DNA of 64,000 bases. Origin: Actinomycetota bacterium. Its GTDB lineage: Bacteria; Actinomycetota; UBA4738; HRBIN12. Under the pieces are notes generated by a model that saw nothing but the letters and a program-made list of their open reading frames with translations, did no database searches and had not been told where the DNA came from. Shown in pieces: positions 49,942 to 61,360 of the stretch (its first letter is position 1; each line of letters opens with the position of its first letter). The position numbers were made by a program, and so were the translations under genes. The DNA is taken from the NCBI GenBank assembly GCA_040511595.1, contig JBEVGU010000038.1, forward strand, positions 23,903 through 87,902, given 5' to 3'.

Positions 49942-51383
49942 TCGAGACCCCGCGCATCGAGCTGATCCCGATCCTCCCCGTGCTCATCCTGTTCGGTGGC
50001 GGCGTCGTGGCGCTGCTCGGCGCCGCCTTCGCCCGGCGCACGGCGCAGACCCCGTTCCTCTTCTTCACCGTCGCCGTGCTGGCGGGCACCGCCGCGGCCT
50101 CGCTCTTCCTGTGGGATCGTCCGGCCGCGACGGCGATGCAGGGCATGGTCAGCGTCGATCGCCTCGCCGTGATCGCCACGCTCGCGCTCTGCGGCATCGG
50201 GGCATACGGCGCCTACCTCGGGTTCCACTACTTCGAGGCCGACGCGGCGCGTCGCAACGAGTTCTACGCCCTGCTGCTGTTCGCCCTGGGCGGCATGGCG
50301 TTGCTCGCGCAGGCGGCCGATCTGATCGTGGTCTTCCTCGCGGTCGAGGTGCTCTCGCTCGCCCTGTACGTGCTGACGGCGCTCACCTTCCGTCGCGGCC
50401 CGACCGAGGCGTCGGTCAAGTACTTCCTGCTCGGCGCGTTCGCCTCGGCGTTCCTGCTCTACGGCGTGGCCATGAGCTACGGAGCGGCGGCGACGACCAG
50501 CATCCAGGGGCTAGCGCGTGCGCTCGCCGGAACGACCGGAAGCCAGGCGCTCGCGGTGGTGGGCGCGATGCTGCTGCTCGTCGGGTTCGGATTCAAGGTC
50601 TCGCTCGTGCCGTTCCATATGTGGACGCCGGACGTCTACCAGGGGGCGCCCAGCCCGGTCACCGCGTTCATGTCCGCGGCAACCAAGGTCGCCGTCTTCG
50701 TCGGGCTCGTGCGCGTGCTCGACGTCGCATTCGTGGCCCTGCAGTGGGACCTGCGGCCGGCGGTCGCGGCGCTCTCGGCCGTCTCGATGGTCGTGGGCAG
50801 CGTGCTCGCGATCGCGCAGACCGATGTGAAGCGCATGCTGGCGTACTCGAGCGTCGCGCATGCAGGCTTCATTTTGTCGGCGTTCGTCCTCCCCGGACGC
50901 GAGGGCATCTCCGCCGCGCTGTTCTACCTGATCATCTACAGCCTCTCGGTGATCGGGGCCTTCGGCGTCGTGATGTTGATCTCCGGCGGCATCGCCGAGC
51001 AGACCGGGTTCGAACGCTTCTACGGGCTCGGACGGCGTCAGCCCGTGCTCGCCGCGTTGCTCACGCTGTTCCTCCTCTCGCTCGCGGGCATCCCCCCCAC
51101 GGCGGGACTGATCGCCAAGGCGCTGGTCCTCGGAGCGGCGACGAGGGCCGGATACTGGCCACTCGCGCTGATCGGCGTCCTCGCCGCTGTGGTCGGCGCG
51201 TTCTTCTACCTGCGCGTCGTCGCGATCATGGCGATGCGAGAGCCCGAAGGTGACGACGTCGCCGACCCGGCGCCCCTTCCGAGGCTGGTGCTCGCGGTGC
51301 CCGCGGTCGCGGTCGTGGCGCTGGGTATCGTGCCGGGTGTGATCGTGCCGTTCCTCCAGGAAGCGGGGGTGCTCACATGGTGA
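49938..51383 (+). CDS. nuoN: NADH-quinone oxidoreductase subunit N
   Basis: NuoN/ND2 similarity. GTGA overlap with nuoM. Confidence 0.9.
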   Translation: MIETPRIELIPILPVLILFGGGVVALLGAAFARRTAQTPFLFFTVAVLAGTAAASLFLWDRPAATAMQGMVSVDRLAVIATLALCGIGAYGAYLGFHYFEADAARRNEFYALLLFALGGMALLAQAADLIVVFLAVEVLSLALYVLTALTFRRGPTEASVKYFLLGAFASAFLLYGVAMSYGAAATTSIQGLARALAGTTGSQALAVVGAMLLLVGFGFKVSLVPFHMWTPDVYQGAPSPVTAFMSAATKVAVFVGLVRVLDVAFVALQWDLRPAVAALSAVSMVVGSVLAIAQTDVKRMLAYSSVAHAGFILSAFVLPGREGISAALFYLIIYSLSVIGAFGVVMLISGGIAEQTGFERFYGLGRRQPVLAALLTLFLLSLAGIPPTAGLIAKALVLGAATRAGYWPLALIGVLAAVVGAFFYLRVVAIMAMREPEGDDVADPAPLPRLVLAVPAVAVVALGIVPGVIVPFLQEAGVLTW

Positions 51384-51405
51384 GCCATCTCGGACGGAGC
51401 GCGCC

Positions 51406-52416
51406 GTGAGCCGGCGGGTGATCCCGGGGCTCGGGGCGCCCGACGCCACGCTCGAGTCGGAGGTGCGCACCCGCCTCGACCAGGTCGAGGAGGCGCTCGA
51501 GAAGTCCGTGCGGGTCGAGGCCTCGGGCATGCTCGCCGAGACGTCGTCGTACCTGATCGCCGCCGGCGGGAAGCGGTTCCGGGCGATGCTCGTGTTGCTC
51601 GCCGGCTACTTCGGCGACGCGGCCGACCCCAGGCTCGTGCCCGGCTCGGTCTCGATCGAGCTCGTGCACCTCGCCACGCTGTACCACGACGACGTCATCG
51701 ACGAGGCCGACGCCAGGCGAGGCGCGCCAAGCGCCAACATGCGATGGGACAACACCGTCGCGATCCTCACCGGCGACTACCTGTTCGCCCGCGCCTCGGA
51801 GATCTCCACGGACCTCGGCACCGAGGTCTGTCGCCTGCTCGCCCGCACGATCGCGATCCTCTGCGACGGACAGATCCGCGAGGTCGACAGCTCGGCCGAG
51901 GTCGAGCAAGAGATCGCGGCGTATCTGGAGATCATCCGCCGGAAGACGGCCTCGTTGATCGCGACCTCGTGCCGTCTCGGCGGCATGCTCTCCGACGCCG
52001 ACCCGGAACACGTCGACGTGCTCGAGCGGTTCGGCGGCGCCCTGGGCATGGCCTACCAGCTCTCCGACGACATCATGGACATCACGTCGTCGCAGATGGA
52101 GCTCGGCAAGGAGCCGGGGCAGGACCTCCGCGAGGGCGTGTACACCCTGCCGGTGCTGCACGCTCTGGCGCACGACGACCGCCGGCAAGAGCTCGCTCGC
52201 GTTCTGTCCCACGGGCCGCCCGACGGCGAGCTGCTCGACCGCGCCCTCGAGATCGTCCGGTCCGGTGGCTCGGTCGACGCGGCGAGGGCGGCCGTGGCCG
52301 ACGAGGTGCGACTGGCGACGCAGCTGGCCGAGCGACTCCCCGAGCGGCACGCCAGGCTCGCGCTGATCCAGCTGGCGGGGTTCCTCGCGGCCCGGTGCGG
52401 GGCGGAGGTCGCATGA
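51406..52416 (+). CDS. long-chain polyprenyl diphosphate synthase (IspB/GrcC1-like)
   Basis: Both aspartate-rich motifs are present (LYHDDVIDEAD; QLSDDIMD). Confidence 0.85.
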   Translation: MSRRVIPGLGAPDATLESEVRTRLDQVEEALEKSVRVEASGMLAETSSYLIAAGGKRFRAMLVLLAGYFGDAADPRLVPGSVSIELVHLATLYHDDVIDEADARRGAPSANMRWDNTVAILTGDYLFARASEISTDLGTEVCRLLARTIAILCDGQIREVDSSAEVEQEIAAYLEIIRRKTASLIATSCRLGGMLSDADPEHVDVLERFGGALGMAYQLSDDIMDITSSQMELGKEPGQDLREGVYTLPVLHALAHDDRRQELARVLSHGPPDGELLDRALEIVRSGGSVDAARAAVADEVRLATQLAERLPERHARLALIQLAGFLAARCGAEVA

Positions 52417-52483
52417 GGGCCGTCCGCGGGGCCAGAAGGAACGCGCTGCTAGGATACGGGCGCCCGGCGAACCCTTCACTGTC

Positions 52484-52849
52484 ATGAGCGACTACTACGC
52501 GTCATACGGAGTGGTGCTGGCGGTCTTGGCCGCCGGAGCACTGTTGGTTGCGGTGGCGTTCACCACGGCCCGGTTGGTGGCCCCCAGCAAGCCCAACCGC
52601 GAGAAGCTCACCACGTACGAGTGCGGCATCGATCCGGTCGGGGAAGGCTGGTCGCAGAGCAACATCCGCTACTACGTATACGGCTTCCTGTTCGTGATCT
52701 TCGACGTGGAGAGCGTGTTCCTCTTCCCCTGGGCGCGAGAGCTCGAGAACATCGGCTACGCCGCCGTGGGCGAGATGGCGGTCTTCATCGGCATCCTGGC
52801 CGTCGGCCTGCTCTACGCCTGGCGCAAGGGGGTCTTGCGGTGGGCCTGA
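52484..52849 (+). CDS. nuoA2: complex-I-like subunit A, second copy
   Basis: Diverged NuoA paralog. Confidence 0.85.
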   Translation: MSDYYASYGVVLAVLAAGALLVAVAFTTARLVAPSKPNREKLTTYECGIDPVGEGWSQSNIRYYVYGFLFVIFDVESVFLFPWARELENIGYAAVGEMAVFIGILAVGLLYAWRKGVLRWA

Positions 52850-53340
52850 TCACCGAGCGGACCCCACTGCCCAGGATCCAGCCCGTGAAGTTCATCCTCA
52901 ACTGGGGACGCCGCTACTCCCTGTGGGTGATGAACTTCGGCCTGGCCTGCTGCGCGATCGAGTTCATCGCGGCCTCGACCGCCAAGAACGACTTCATCCG
53001 GCTGGGCGTGATCCCCACGGCTCACGGCCCCCGGCAGGCCGACCTGCTCGTGGTGGCCGGCACCCTCACCGACAAGATGGCTCCGGCGCTCAAGCGCGTC
53101 TACGAGCAGATGCCCGATCCGAAGTACGTGATCTCGTTCGGCTCGTGTTCGAACTGCGGCGGCCCGTACTGGGACAGCTACTCGGTGACCAAGGGCGTCG
53201 ACCAGATCGTGCCGATCGATGTGTACGTGCCCGGCTGCCCTCCGCGTCCGGAGGCGCTGCTGCACGGCATCATCGAGCTGCAGAACAAGATCAAGGACGA
53301 GGACATCCAGGAGAAGTTCGGTGCCCCCGCTGTCTCCTGA
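52840..53340 (+). CDS. nuoB2: complex-I-like subunit B, second copy (N2-cluster cysteines retained)
   Basis: [13 protein letters not shown] and PGCPP motifs are present. Confidence 0.85.
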   Translation: MGLITERTPLPRIQPVKFILNWGRRYSLWVMNFGLACCAIEFIAASTAKNDFIRLGVIPTAHGPRQADLLVVAGTLTDKMAPALKRVYEQMPDPKYVISFGSCSNCGGPYWDSYSVTKGVDQIVPIDVYVPGCPPRPEALLHGIIELQNKIKDEDIQEKFGAPAVS

Positions 53341-53836
53341 CGAGGCCGGCTCACGCATGCGGGCGCGGTTCGGCGCCGACGTCCTCGACGTGGTCGAGCA
53401 ACACGGTCACACGGTCGCGACCGTGTCACGCGGCCGGTACCACGACGTGTGCCGGTTCCTTCGAGACGAACCCGAGTTCGCCTGCGACTACGCCGACTTC
53501 ACTGCGGGGGTCGACCGGGGAACCGATGGCGGCTTCGAGGTCCTGACGCACCTGTTCTCGACCACGCACCATCACAACGTGCGGGTGAAGGTGCAGGTGC
53601 CTGCCGACGACGCGGTGGTGCCCACGGTGAGCGACCTGTGGGCCACCTGTGATTGGCACGAGCGCGAGACGTCCGAGATGTTCGGCATCCGGTTCGAGGG
53701 CCATCCGCAGCCGGTGAAGCTGCTGCTCTCCGAGCCGTTCGAGGGCCACCCGTTGCGCAAGGACTTCCCGCTGATGACCCGCGAGGCCAAGCCGTGGCCC
53801 GGGGCGGTCGAGGGCGAGGAGGACGAGGAGGAATGA
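53321..53836 (+). CDS. nuoC2: complex-I-like subunit C, second copy (30-kDa subunit only, not a C-D fusion)
   Basis: [12 protein letters not shown] motif. Start could be GTG at 53321 or ATG at 53357. The gene ends by overlapping the nuoH2 start. Confidence 0.8.
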   Translation: MPPLSPDEAGSRMRARFGADVLDVVEQHGHTVATVSRGRYHDVCRFLRDEPEFACDYADFTAGVDRGTDGGFEVLTHLFSTTHHHNVRVKVQVPADDAVVPTVSDLWATCDWHERETSEMFGIRFEGHPQPVKLLLSEPFEGHPLRKDFPLMTREAKPWPGAVEGEEDEEE

Positions 53837-54846
53837 TCGACCTCCTCGCGCAGGCCGGCGGCTCGATCGTCGAGGAGTGGACCTCGAACTTCTGGTTGGC
53901 GTTGATCCTGAAGACGGTGGCCGTGATGGCGTTCTTCCTCATCGTGCCGCTCGGCGTCGGCTACATGGAGCACAAGGTGCTCGCGCACATGCAGGGTCGG
54001 CTCGGTCCGATGGAAGCCGGCGTGTTCCACGGGTGGGCCCAGCTGATCGCCGACGGCGTGAAGTTCATCCAGAAGGAGGACATCGTCCCCGCCGCGGCCG
54101 ACCGCACGATCTTCACCCTGGCGCCGGCCGTGGCGATGGTGCCCTACATCGCGATCCTCGTCGTGCTGCCGTTCAGCGGGTCGCTGTTCGCCCTCAACCT
54201 CGACGTCGGCATCTTCTTCGTGATGGCGATGTCGAGCGTCTCCGTGATCGGTGTGCTCATGGCCGGGTGGTCCAGCGCCAACAAGTTCTCTTTGATCGGC
54301 GCGCTGCGAGCCGCCGCCCAGCTGATCGCCTACGAGCTGCCGCTCGTGCTGGCTGCCGCGGGCGTCGTGATGCTCGCCGGCGTCACCTCGATGGTCGGCA
54401 TCGTCGAGGCGCAGGAGTCCCTGTGGTACGTCGTGCCGCTCTTCCCGCTGTTCCTGATCTTCATGGTGGCCTCGCTCGCCGAGCTCAGCCGCACGCCGTT
54501 CGACATGCCGATCGCCGACTCCGAGATCATCTACGGCGCCTACACCGAATACGGGGGGCTGAAGTTCGCGTTCTTCCTGCTCGCCGAGTACGGCGGCATC
54601 GTGGCCCTGTCGGGCATCGCGGCGGTGCTGTTCCTCGGGGGCTATCAGGGGCTACCCGGCATCCCGCTTCCCGACCCGATCTGGATGGCACTGAAGATCG
54701 GCCTGCTGTCGTTCGTCGTCATCTGGTGCCGGGCCACCTACCCCCGGCTGCGCGAGGACCAGTTGCAGCGGTTCGCCTGGCTCGCGTTGATCCCCTTGTC
54801 GCTCGTGTGGATCCTGGTCGCGGCCTTCCTCAAGGTCGCGTTCTGA
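53833..54846 (+). CDS. nuoH2: complex-I-like subunit H, second copy
   Basis: ATGA overlap with nuoC2. NuoH paralog. Confidence 0.85.
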   Translation: MIDLLAQAGGSIVEEWTSNFWLALILKTVAVMAFFLIVPLGVGYMEHKVLAHMQGRLGPMEAGVFHGWAQLIADGVKFIQKEDIVPAAADRTIFTLAPAVAMVPYIAILVVLPFSGSLFALNLDVGIFFVMAMSSVSVIGVLMAGWSSANKFSLIGALRAAAQLIAYELPLVLAAAGVVMLAGVTSMVGIVEAQESLWYVVPLFPLFLIFMVASLAELSRTPFDMPIADSEIIYGAYTEYGGLKFAFFLLAEYGGIVALSGIAAVLFLGGYQGLPGIPLPDPIWMALKIGLLSFVVIWCRATYPRLREDQLQRFAWLALIPLSLVWILVAAFLKVAF

Positions 54847-54871
54847 TCGAGGAATCAGGAAGACGACCCCG

Positions 54872-55402
54872 ATGGCCATCGACACGTCGCAGCGGAAGGA
54901 TCAGCCGGAGTCCGGCGCGGGCCAGGGCCTGCTCAAGGGACTCAGCGTCACGCTGAAGACGATGCTGAAGCCCGCCGTCACGGTCCAGTACCCGCACGTG
55001 AAGCCCGACCTGCCGGCCCGCACTCGAGGCGTGATCGCGCTGAAGGAGGGCAACTGCACGGTCTGCTACAAGTGCTCGCGCGAGTGCCCCGACTGGTGCA
55101 TCTACATCGACGCGCACAAGGAGACGCACGAGCCGGCCGCCGGCGGACGAGGCAGGTCGATGAAGGTCCTCGACCGGTTCGCGATCGACTACGCCCTGTG
55201 CATGTACTGCGGCATCTGCGTCGAGGTGTGCCCGTTCGACGCGCTCTTCTGGAGTCCGGAGTTCGAGTACGCGGAGTACGAGATGGACCTGCTCATCCAT
55301 GAGAAGGATCGCCTCGAGGAGTGGACGTACACGGTGCTGCCGCCGCCGCCCCTCGAGGCCGGCGCCGAAGGCGCTCCGGCAGCCGAAGGCGGGAGCGCGT
55401 GA
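54872..55402 (+). CDS. nuoI2: complex-I-like subunit I, second copy
   Basis: Two 4Fe-4S motifs ([12 protein letters not shown]; [12 protein letters not shown]). Confidence 0.85.
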   Translation: MAIDTSQRKDQPESGAGQGLLKGLSVTLKTMLKPAVTVQYPHVKPDLPARTRGVIALKEGNCTVCYKCSRECPDWCIYIDAHKETHEPAAGGRGRSMKVLDRFAIDYALCMYCGICVEVCPFDALFWSPEFEYAEYEMDLLIHEKDRLEEWTYTVLPPPPLEAGAEGAPAAEGGSA

Positions 55403-55902
55403 CGGCGCAGGAGTACGCCTTCCTCGTGATGGCCGTGGTGGGCGGGCTGGCGGCGATCGCCGTCGTGACAGCCCGCAACGTGGTGCACGCCGCGCTCTAC
55501 CTCGTGGTCGCGCTGCTGTCGGTGGCGGGCGTCTACCTACTGCTCGGCGCCGAGTTCGTCGGATGGGTCCAGATCCTGATCTACGTGGGCGCGATCGTGA
55601 TCCTGTTCCTGTTCGGCCTGATGTTGACCAAGGCCCCGATCGGTCGCGACACGCTCGACAATCAGCAGCGGTGGCTCGGCGCGCTCGTCGGCGTCGGCGT
55701 GTTCGCGGGGCTCGTCTTCCTGATTCAAGAGGCGTTCCCGGTGCAGGAGGCGCAGGCCTTCGAGACGTTCCAGGGCACCACGGGCGCGGTGGGCGAGGCG
55801 ATCTTCAGCACGTACGTGCTGCCGTTCGAGGCGGTCTCGTTCCTGTTGCTGGCGGCGTTGATCGGCGCCATCGTGCTCGCGCGGAAGGACGATGCGACGT
55901 GA
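55399..55902 (+). CDS. nuoJ2: complex-I-like subunit J, second copy
   Basis: GTGA overlap with nuoI2. NuoJ paralog. Confidence 0.8.
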   Translation: MTAQEYAFLVMAVVGGLAAIAVVTARNVVHAALYLVVALLSVAGVYLLLGAEFVGWVQILIYVGAIVILFLFGLMLTKAPIGRDTLDNQQRWLGALVGVGVFAGLVFLIQEAFPVQEAQAFETFQGTTGAVGEAIFSTYVLPFEAVSFLLLAALIGAIVLARKDDAT

Positions 55903-56201
55903 TCCGGCTGCCGCTCGTGCTGATGTTCTCCGCCCTGCTGTTTTCCGCCGGCGTCTACGGCGTGCTCGCGCGACGCAACGCGATCATGGTGCTGATGGCG
56001 ATCGAGCTGATGCTGAACGCCGTCAACGTGAACCTCGTCGCGTTCGCCTCGGCCTTCCACGAGATGGGCGGGCAGGTGTTCGCCCTCTTCGTGATCGCCG
56101 TGGCCGCCGCAGAGGTCGGCATAGGGCTGGCGATCGTGATCCTGCTCTTCCGCACGCGCGAGTCGATCAACGTGGACGAGGTGAACCTGCTCAAGTGGTG
56201 A
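55899..56201 (+). CDS. nuoK2: complex-I-like subunit K, second copy
   Basis: GTGA overlap with nuoJ2. NuoK paralog. Confidence 0.85.
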   Translation: MIRLPLVLMFSALLFSAGVYGVLARRNAIMVLMAIELMLNAVNVNLVAFASAFHEMGGQVFALFVIAVAAAEVGIGLAIVILLFRTRESINVDEVNLLKW

Positions 56202-58195
56202 ACCTGCTGGCCGCCGAGGGCGACATCACGTACCGGGCCACGACGAACGGAACATGGTTCGTCGAGCACGCGTGGATCTTAGTGCTGCTGCCGATGATCT
56301 CGGCGGTCCTGATCCTGCTCCTCGGCAAGCGCACGCCCGGCAGGGGCGCCGTCTACGGCATCGCCGGCGTGGGTGCTGCGTTCGTGTGCGCGCTCGGGGT
56401 GCTCTGGCACTTCGTGGAGGGCGGCGGTCCGTTCGAGGGGAGCATCGACTGGTTCACGGTGGGGCCGCTCCACCTCGAGCTCGGCATCCTCGTCGACGGT
56501 CTCACGGGCGTCATGGTGGTGGTCGTCACCGCGGTCTCGCTCTGTGTGCACGTCTACTCGCTCGGCTACATGCACGGCGACGAGCGGTTCACGTGGTTCT
56601 ACGCCGTGCTGTCGCTGTTCACCGCCGCGATGCTCACGGTGGTCGTCTCGAACAACCTGATCCAGCTGCTCGTGGGCTGGGAGGTCATGGGCGTCTGCTC
56701 GTACCTGTTGATCGGCCATTGGTGGGAGGTCAAGGAGAACTCCGACGCCGCGATCAAGGCGTTCATCACGACCCGGGTCGGCGACGTGCCGTTCACGTTC
56801 GGCATCATCGGGTTGATCGCCGTGACCGGGTTCACGACGACCAACATCGGCGAGATCTCCCACGAGCTCGGGCTCGGTGGGGTCTCACCGCTGTACATCT
56901 CGGTGGCGGCGATCCTGTTGTTCGGCGGGACCGTCGGGAAGTCGGCCCAGTTCCCCCTGCACGTCTGGCTCCCCGACGCGATGGCGGGCCCGACCCCCGT
57001 GTCGGCCCTGATCCACGCGGCCACGATGGTGGCGGCCGGGGTCTACCTGATCGGACGGCTCTTCGAGGTCTTCATCCTCGCCGACCAATGGGTGCTGACC
57101 ACGGTCAGCATCGTCGCGGCGATCACAGCGCTCGGGGCGGCCGTGCTCGCGATCGTGCAGGACGACATCAAGCGGGTGCTGGCCTACTCGACGCTCTCGC
57201 AGCTCGCGTACATGGTCGCCGGGCTCTCGCTCGGCGAGCTCGGGCTCACGGCGGGGTTCTTCCACCTGTTCACGCACGCGTTCTTCAAGGCGCTGCTCTT
57301 CCTCTGCGCGGGCTCTGTGATCCACGCCGTGCACTCGAACAACATGAGCGACATGGGGGGCCTCCGGAAGTCGATGCCGGTCACGTTCTGGACCATGCTG
57401 ATCGGCTCGCTCGCGCTCGCGGGCATCTTCCCGCTCGCGGGGTTCTGGTCGAAAGACGAGCTGCTCGTCGTGGCTCAGGAGGAGCACGTGACGTGGCTGT
57501 TCGTCGTGTTCCTCGTGACGGCGGTGATCACGGCCTTCTACACGATCCGCATGGTCATGCTCACGTTCTTCGGGGAGTACAGGGGCGAGGCGCACCCGCA
57601 CGAGTCGCCGAGGACGATGACCGGGCCACTGGTCGCGCTCGCCGCCGCGACGATCGGGGTGGGGTTGCTGGGCTCGCCGCAGCTCAACGCCGTGTTCGGA
57701 CAGTGGGTCTTTTTCGAGGCGATCCATGAGGCGGTGTTCGTGCCGTGGATCGCCGTGCTGGCGACCGCGGGAGCGCTGCTCGGCCTCGCCGCCGGATACG
57801 CGCTCTACAAGGAGCGCCGTGCCCCCGATCCGCTGCAGGCCCCGTTGGGCCGGGTGTGGAACGTCCTGGAGAACCGCTACTACATCGACGAGTTCTACAT
57901 GCGGGACATCGTCCGCCCGGTGCGCGACACGTGGTCCGCAGGCGTGAACTGGTTCAACCAGGTCGTCCTCGACGGCGTCGTCAACGGCGCCGCCGTGCTC
58001 GCGAGGACTGGCGCGCAGGCGATCGCCTGGTTCGACCGCACCGTGATCGACGGCGTCGTGAACCTCGTCGGCGAGGGCGCCGGGCGAACCGGCAACGTCT
58101 TGAGGTACCTGCAAACCGGCAACGTGCAGTGGTACGCCGTCGCGCTGTTCGTCGGCGTGATCTCGTTGGCCGTCGTGTTCATCCGAGTCGTCTGA
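56198..58195 (+). CDS. nuoL2: complex-I-like subunit L, second copy
   Basis: GTGA overlap with nuoK2. NuoL paralog (665 aa). Confidence 0.85.
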   Translation: MNLLAAEGDITYRATTNGTWFVEHAWILVLLPMISAVLILLLGKRTPGRGAVYGIAGVGAAFVCALGVLWHFVEGGGPFEGSIDWFTVGPLHLELGILVDGLTGVMVVVVTAVSLCVHVYSLGYMHGDERFTWFYAVLSLFTAAMLTVVVSNNLIQLLVGWEVMGVCSYLLIGHWWEVKENSDAAIKAFITTRVGDVPFTFGIIGLIAVTGFTTTNIGEISHELGLGGVSPLYISVAAILLFGGTVGKSAQFPLHVWLPDAMAGPTPVSALIHAATMVAAGVYLIGRLFEVFILADQWVLTTVSIVAAITALGAAVLAIVQDDIKRVLAYSTLSQLAYMVAGLSLGELGLTAGFFHLFTHAFFKALLFLCAGSVIHAVHSNNMSDMGGLRKSMPVTFWTMLIGSLALAGIFPLAGFWSKDELLVVAQEEHVTWLFVVFLVTAVITAFYTIRMVMLTFFGEYRGEAHPHESPRTMTGPLVALAAATIGVGLLGSPQLNAVFGQWVFFEAIHEAVFVPWIAVLATAGALLGLAAGYALYKERRAPDPLQAPLGRVWNVLENRYYIDEFYMRDIVRPVRDTWSAGVNWFNQVVLDGVVNGAAVLARTGAQAIAWFDRTVIDGVVNLVGEGAGRTGNVLRYLQTGNVQWYAVALFVGVISLAVVFIRVV

Positions 58196-58214
58196 GAGGA
58201 AGCGTGGAGGCCAC

Positions 58215-59750
58215 ATGACCTGGGAGAACTCGGCGATCACGATCACCACCCTGCTGCCCGTCGTGGGGGCGTTGGTGATCCTGGCGATGCCACGGGAGCG
58301 GGAACGCGCGATCCGCGGCCTCGGCATCGCGGTCACGGGATCGGCGCTGGCGCTCGCCGTCGCGATCACGATCGGGTTCGACTACGCGTCCGACGGGCTG
58401 CAGTACGTGCTCGACGTGAACTGGATCAGCGCGATCGGCGTGCGGTACCACGTGGGCATCGACGGCATCTCGCTGCCGCTCTACGTGCTGACGTTCCTGC
58501 TGTCGTTCCTCTGCGCCGTGTACACCTGGCGCTTCGTGCCCGATCCGGGCCGCACCCGCACGTTCCTGGCCCTGATGCTCCTGCTCGAGACCGGCATGGC
58601 CGGCACGTTCATCGCGTTCGACCTGATCCTGTTCTTCGTGTTCTGGGAGATGGTGCTGGTGCCGATGTACTTCCTCATCGCCATCTGGGGCTCGTCGAAC
58701 CGGGAGTACGCGGCGATCAAGTTCTTCCTGTACACGCTGTTCGGCTCGATCTTCATGCTCCTGGGCTTCCTGGCGATGTACTTCCAGGGCCCCGATCCGC
58801 ACACCTTCGACATGGTGGTGCTGCGCGACTTCGGGGCGGGCGGCGGCTTCGGTCAGACGTTCCAGCTGGTCGTCTTCGGCGCCGTGGCGCTCGGGTTCGC
58901 GATCAAGGTCCCGATGTGGCCGTTCCACACGTGGCTGCCCGACGCCCACACCGAGGCGCCGACGATCGGCTCGGTGCTGCTGGCCGGCATCATGCTGAAG
59001 ATGGGCACGTACGGGTTCATCCGCATCGCCATCCCGTTCCTGCCGTACGGAGCGCAGAAGTACGCTCCGTGGATCGGCGGGCTCGCCGCGATCGCGATCG
59101 TGTACGCCGCGCTCGCGTGTCTCGCGCAGAAGGACCTGAAGCGGCTGATCGCGTTCTCCTCGGTGGGACACATGGGCTTCGTGATGCTCGGCATCGCCAC
59201 GCTCACCGAGATCGGCATCCAGGCGGCGATCTTCGGCATGGTGGCCCACGGGGTGATCACGGGCATGCTGTTCTTCTGCGTCGGCTCGATCTACGACCGG
59301 TACCACACGCGGGAGATCGCGAAGATCGGCGGAGGCATGTTGCAGACGATGCCGAAGCTCGGAAGTGTTTTCGCGTTCGTGGCGATCGCGTCCCTCGGCC
59401 TCCCCGGGCTCGCCGGGTTCTGGGGCGAGCTCATGGCGCTGCTCAGCTCGTTCAGCCCGAACGAGTTCGTCCTCGCCGACCAGGTCGGGCTCTTCCGGAC
59501 GTTCATGGTCATGGGGGGCATCGGCACGGTGCTCACGGCCGGCTACTTCCTGTGGATGCTGCAGCGGGTGAACATGGGCAGGCTGCCGGACCAGTGGCGC
59601 GAAGCCGGCCTGCGCGACGTGCTCGCGGTCGAGTGGGTGTCGTGGCTGCCGTTGCTCGCGCTGATCGTCGTGCTCGGGCTCTACCCGCGGCTGGTCTTCG
59701 GGGTCACCGACGAGACGGTGAACGGGCTCACGAGACTGCTGGGAGGCTAG
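58215..59750 (+). CDS. nuoM2: complex-I-like subunit M, second copy
   Basis: NuoM paralog. Confidence 0.85.
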   Translation: MTWENSAITITTLLPVVGALVILAMPRERERAIRGLGIAVTGSALALAVAITIGFDYASDGLQYVLDVNWISAIGVRYHVGIDGISLPLYVLTFLLSFLCAVYTWRFVPDPGRTRTFLALMLLLETGMAGTFIAFDLILFFVFWEMVLVPMYFLIAIWGSSNREYAAIKFFLYTLFGSIFMLLGFLAMYFQGPDPHTFDMVVLRDFGAGGGFGQTFQLVVFGAVALGFAIKVPMWPFHTWLPDAHTEAPTIGSVLLAGIMLKMGTYGFIRIAIPFLPYGAQKYAPWIGGLAAIAIVYAALACLAQKDLKRLIAFSSVGHMGFVMLGIATLTEIGIQAAIFGMVAHGVITGMLFFCVGSIYDRYHTREIAKIGGGMLQTMPKLGSVFAFVAIASLGLPGLAGFWGELMALLSSFSPNEFVLADQVGLFRTFMVMGGIGTVLTAGYFLWMLQRVNMGRLPDQWREAGLRDVLAVEWVSWLPLLALIVVLGLYPRLVFGVTDETVNGLTRLLGG

Positions 59751-59759
59751 GCCGCCTCG

Positions 59760-61232
59760 ATGGACATCGACTACCACGCCCTGTTGCCGGAGATCCTGCT
59801 CTCGGCCACGATCCTGCTGGTGCTCGTCGTCGACGTGTTCCTGCCCGAGCGCGCGAAGTGGTTCGCGATGCCGATCGGGCTCGCAGGCGTGGTCGCCTCG
59901 CTCGTCGCGGTGGCATCGCTGATCGGGGCCGGCACGCGCGTGAGCTTCGGCGGCACCTACGTCGTCGACGAGTTCGCGCTGTTGTTCAAGGGCTTCTTCC
60001 TCGTGACGGCGATCCTCGTGCTGGGGGTGTCGCTGCGGTACTTCCGGGAAGGCGGCTTCTACCAGGGTGAGTACTACTTCCTGCTGCTCACGTCGTTCTT
60101 GGGCTGCGTGATGATGCCCAGCTCACGCGACATGCTGCTGCTCTTCATCGCGCTCGAGCTGGTCTCGGCGCCCGGCTTCCTGATGGCGGCGTTCCGCAAG
60201 GGCGACGTGAAGTCGAACGAGGCCGGCGTGAAGTTCTTCATCATCGGCGTGCTGTCGACCGCCGTGATGCTGTTCGGCATGAGCCTCATCTACGGCGTGA
60301 CCGGCGGGGAGACGCAGCTCGCGGCCATCGCCGCCGCCCTCGCCGACGTGACGGGAGACATGGAGACCCTCGCCTTCGCGGCGATCCTGTTCGTGGTCGT
60401 GGGGTTCGCGTTCAAGGTCTCCGCGGTCCCGTTCCAGTTCTGGGCTCCCGACACGTACGAGGGCTCCCCGGTGCCGGTGGCGGCGTTCCTCGCGGTCGCC
60501 TCGGCCGTGGCCGGCTTCGCGGGCCTGCTCCAACTGATGTTCGTGGCCTTCGCCGGCCAGCACGAGTTCTGGGTTCCGATCTTCGCGCTCCTGTCGATCG
60601 CGACGATGACCGTGGGGAACCTGGTGGCGTTGCAGCAGACGCAGATGGTCCGGCTGCTCGCCTACTCGGGCATCGCCCAGTCGGGCTACATCCTGATGAC
60701 GTTCGCGCTCGTGACCGACGACGCCGCTTCGAACCGCACGGCGTTCGCTGCGGCGGTCGCCTACATCCTGATCTACGGCATCATGAACCTCGGCGCGTTC
60801 GCCGCGACCGTGGCCGTCTCTCGCCGCCACCCCGCCGTGAGGATCGCCGACTTCGCGGGGCTGCGCGAGACCGCGCCGTTGATCGCCGTGGGCATGGCCG
60901 TGTTCATGATCTCCCTCGCCGGCGTGCCGCCCACGGGCGGGTTCTGGGGGAAGCTGCTGATCTTCCAGGCCGCGATCGAACGCGGCGGCTCGCTCGGGCC
61001 GGCGCTCGCGGTCGTCATGCTCGTGAACTCCGTGATCAGCGTCTTCTACTACCTGCTGGTGCCGCGACAGATGTTCCTGGAGCCGGCCGCCGACCGCTCA
61101 CGACTGCGAGTGCCGGTGCTCGTTACCGCCGTGGTGGCGCTGGCGACCGTGGCGCTCGTGGCCATCTTCGTGCTGCCGAACCCCGTCGCGAGGCTCGCGG
61201 AGATCTCCACGCTGGTTGGCGTCGGCCCCTGA
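59760..61232 (+). CDS. nuoN2: complex-I-like subunit N, second copy
   Basis: NuoN paralog. Confidence 0.85.
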   Translation: MDIDYHALLPEILLSATILLVLVVDVFLPERAKWFAMPIGLAGVVASLVAVASLIGAGTRVSFGGTYVVDEFALLFKGFFLVTAILVLGVSLRYFREGGFYQGEYYFLLLTSFLGCVMMPSSRDMLLLFIALELVSAPGFLMAAFRKGDVKSNEAGVKFFIIGVLSTAVMLFGMSLIYGVTGGETQLAAIAAALADVTGDMETLAFAAILFVVVGFAFKVSAVPFQFWAPDTYEGSPVPVAAFLAVASAVAGFAGLLQLMFVAFAGQHEFWVPIFALLSIATMTVGNLVALQQTQMVRLLAYSGIAQSGYILMTFALVTDDAASNRTAFAAAVAYILIYGIMNLGAFAATVAVSRRHPAVRIADFAGLRETAPLIAVGMAVFMISLAGVPPTGGFWGKLLIFQAAIERGGSLGPALAVVMLVNSVISVFYYLLVPRQMFLEPAADRSRLRVPVLVTAVVALATVALVAIFVLPNPVARLAEISTLVGVGP

Positions 61233-61360
61233 GGCTCGGCACGGCACGGTTCGGCACGGTTCTGTTCGGGTTTCGGCCGGGCTGCGCTCGATGGAACCGC
61301 CGGATCCGTCGTATCGAACCCGCTATGAGACCATCGGTCTCGAGGCTCCTCGAGGAGGGG

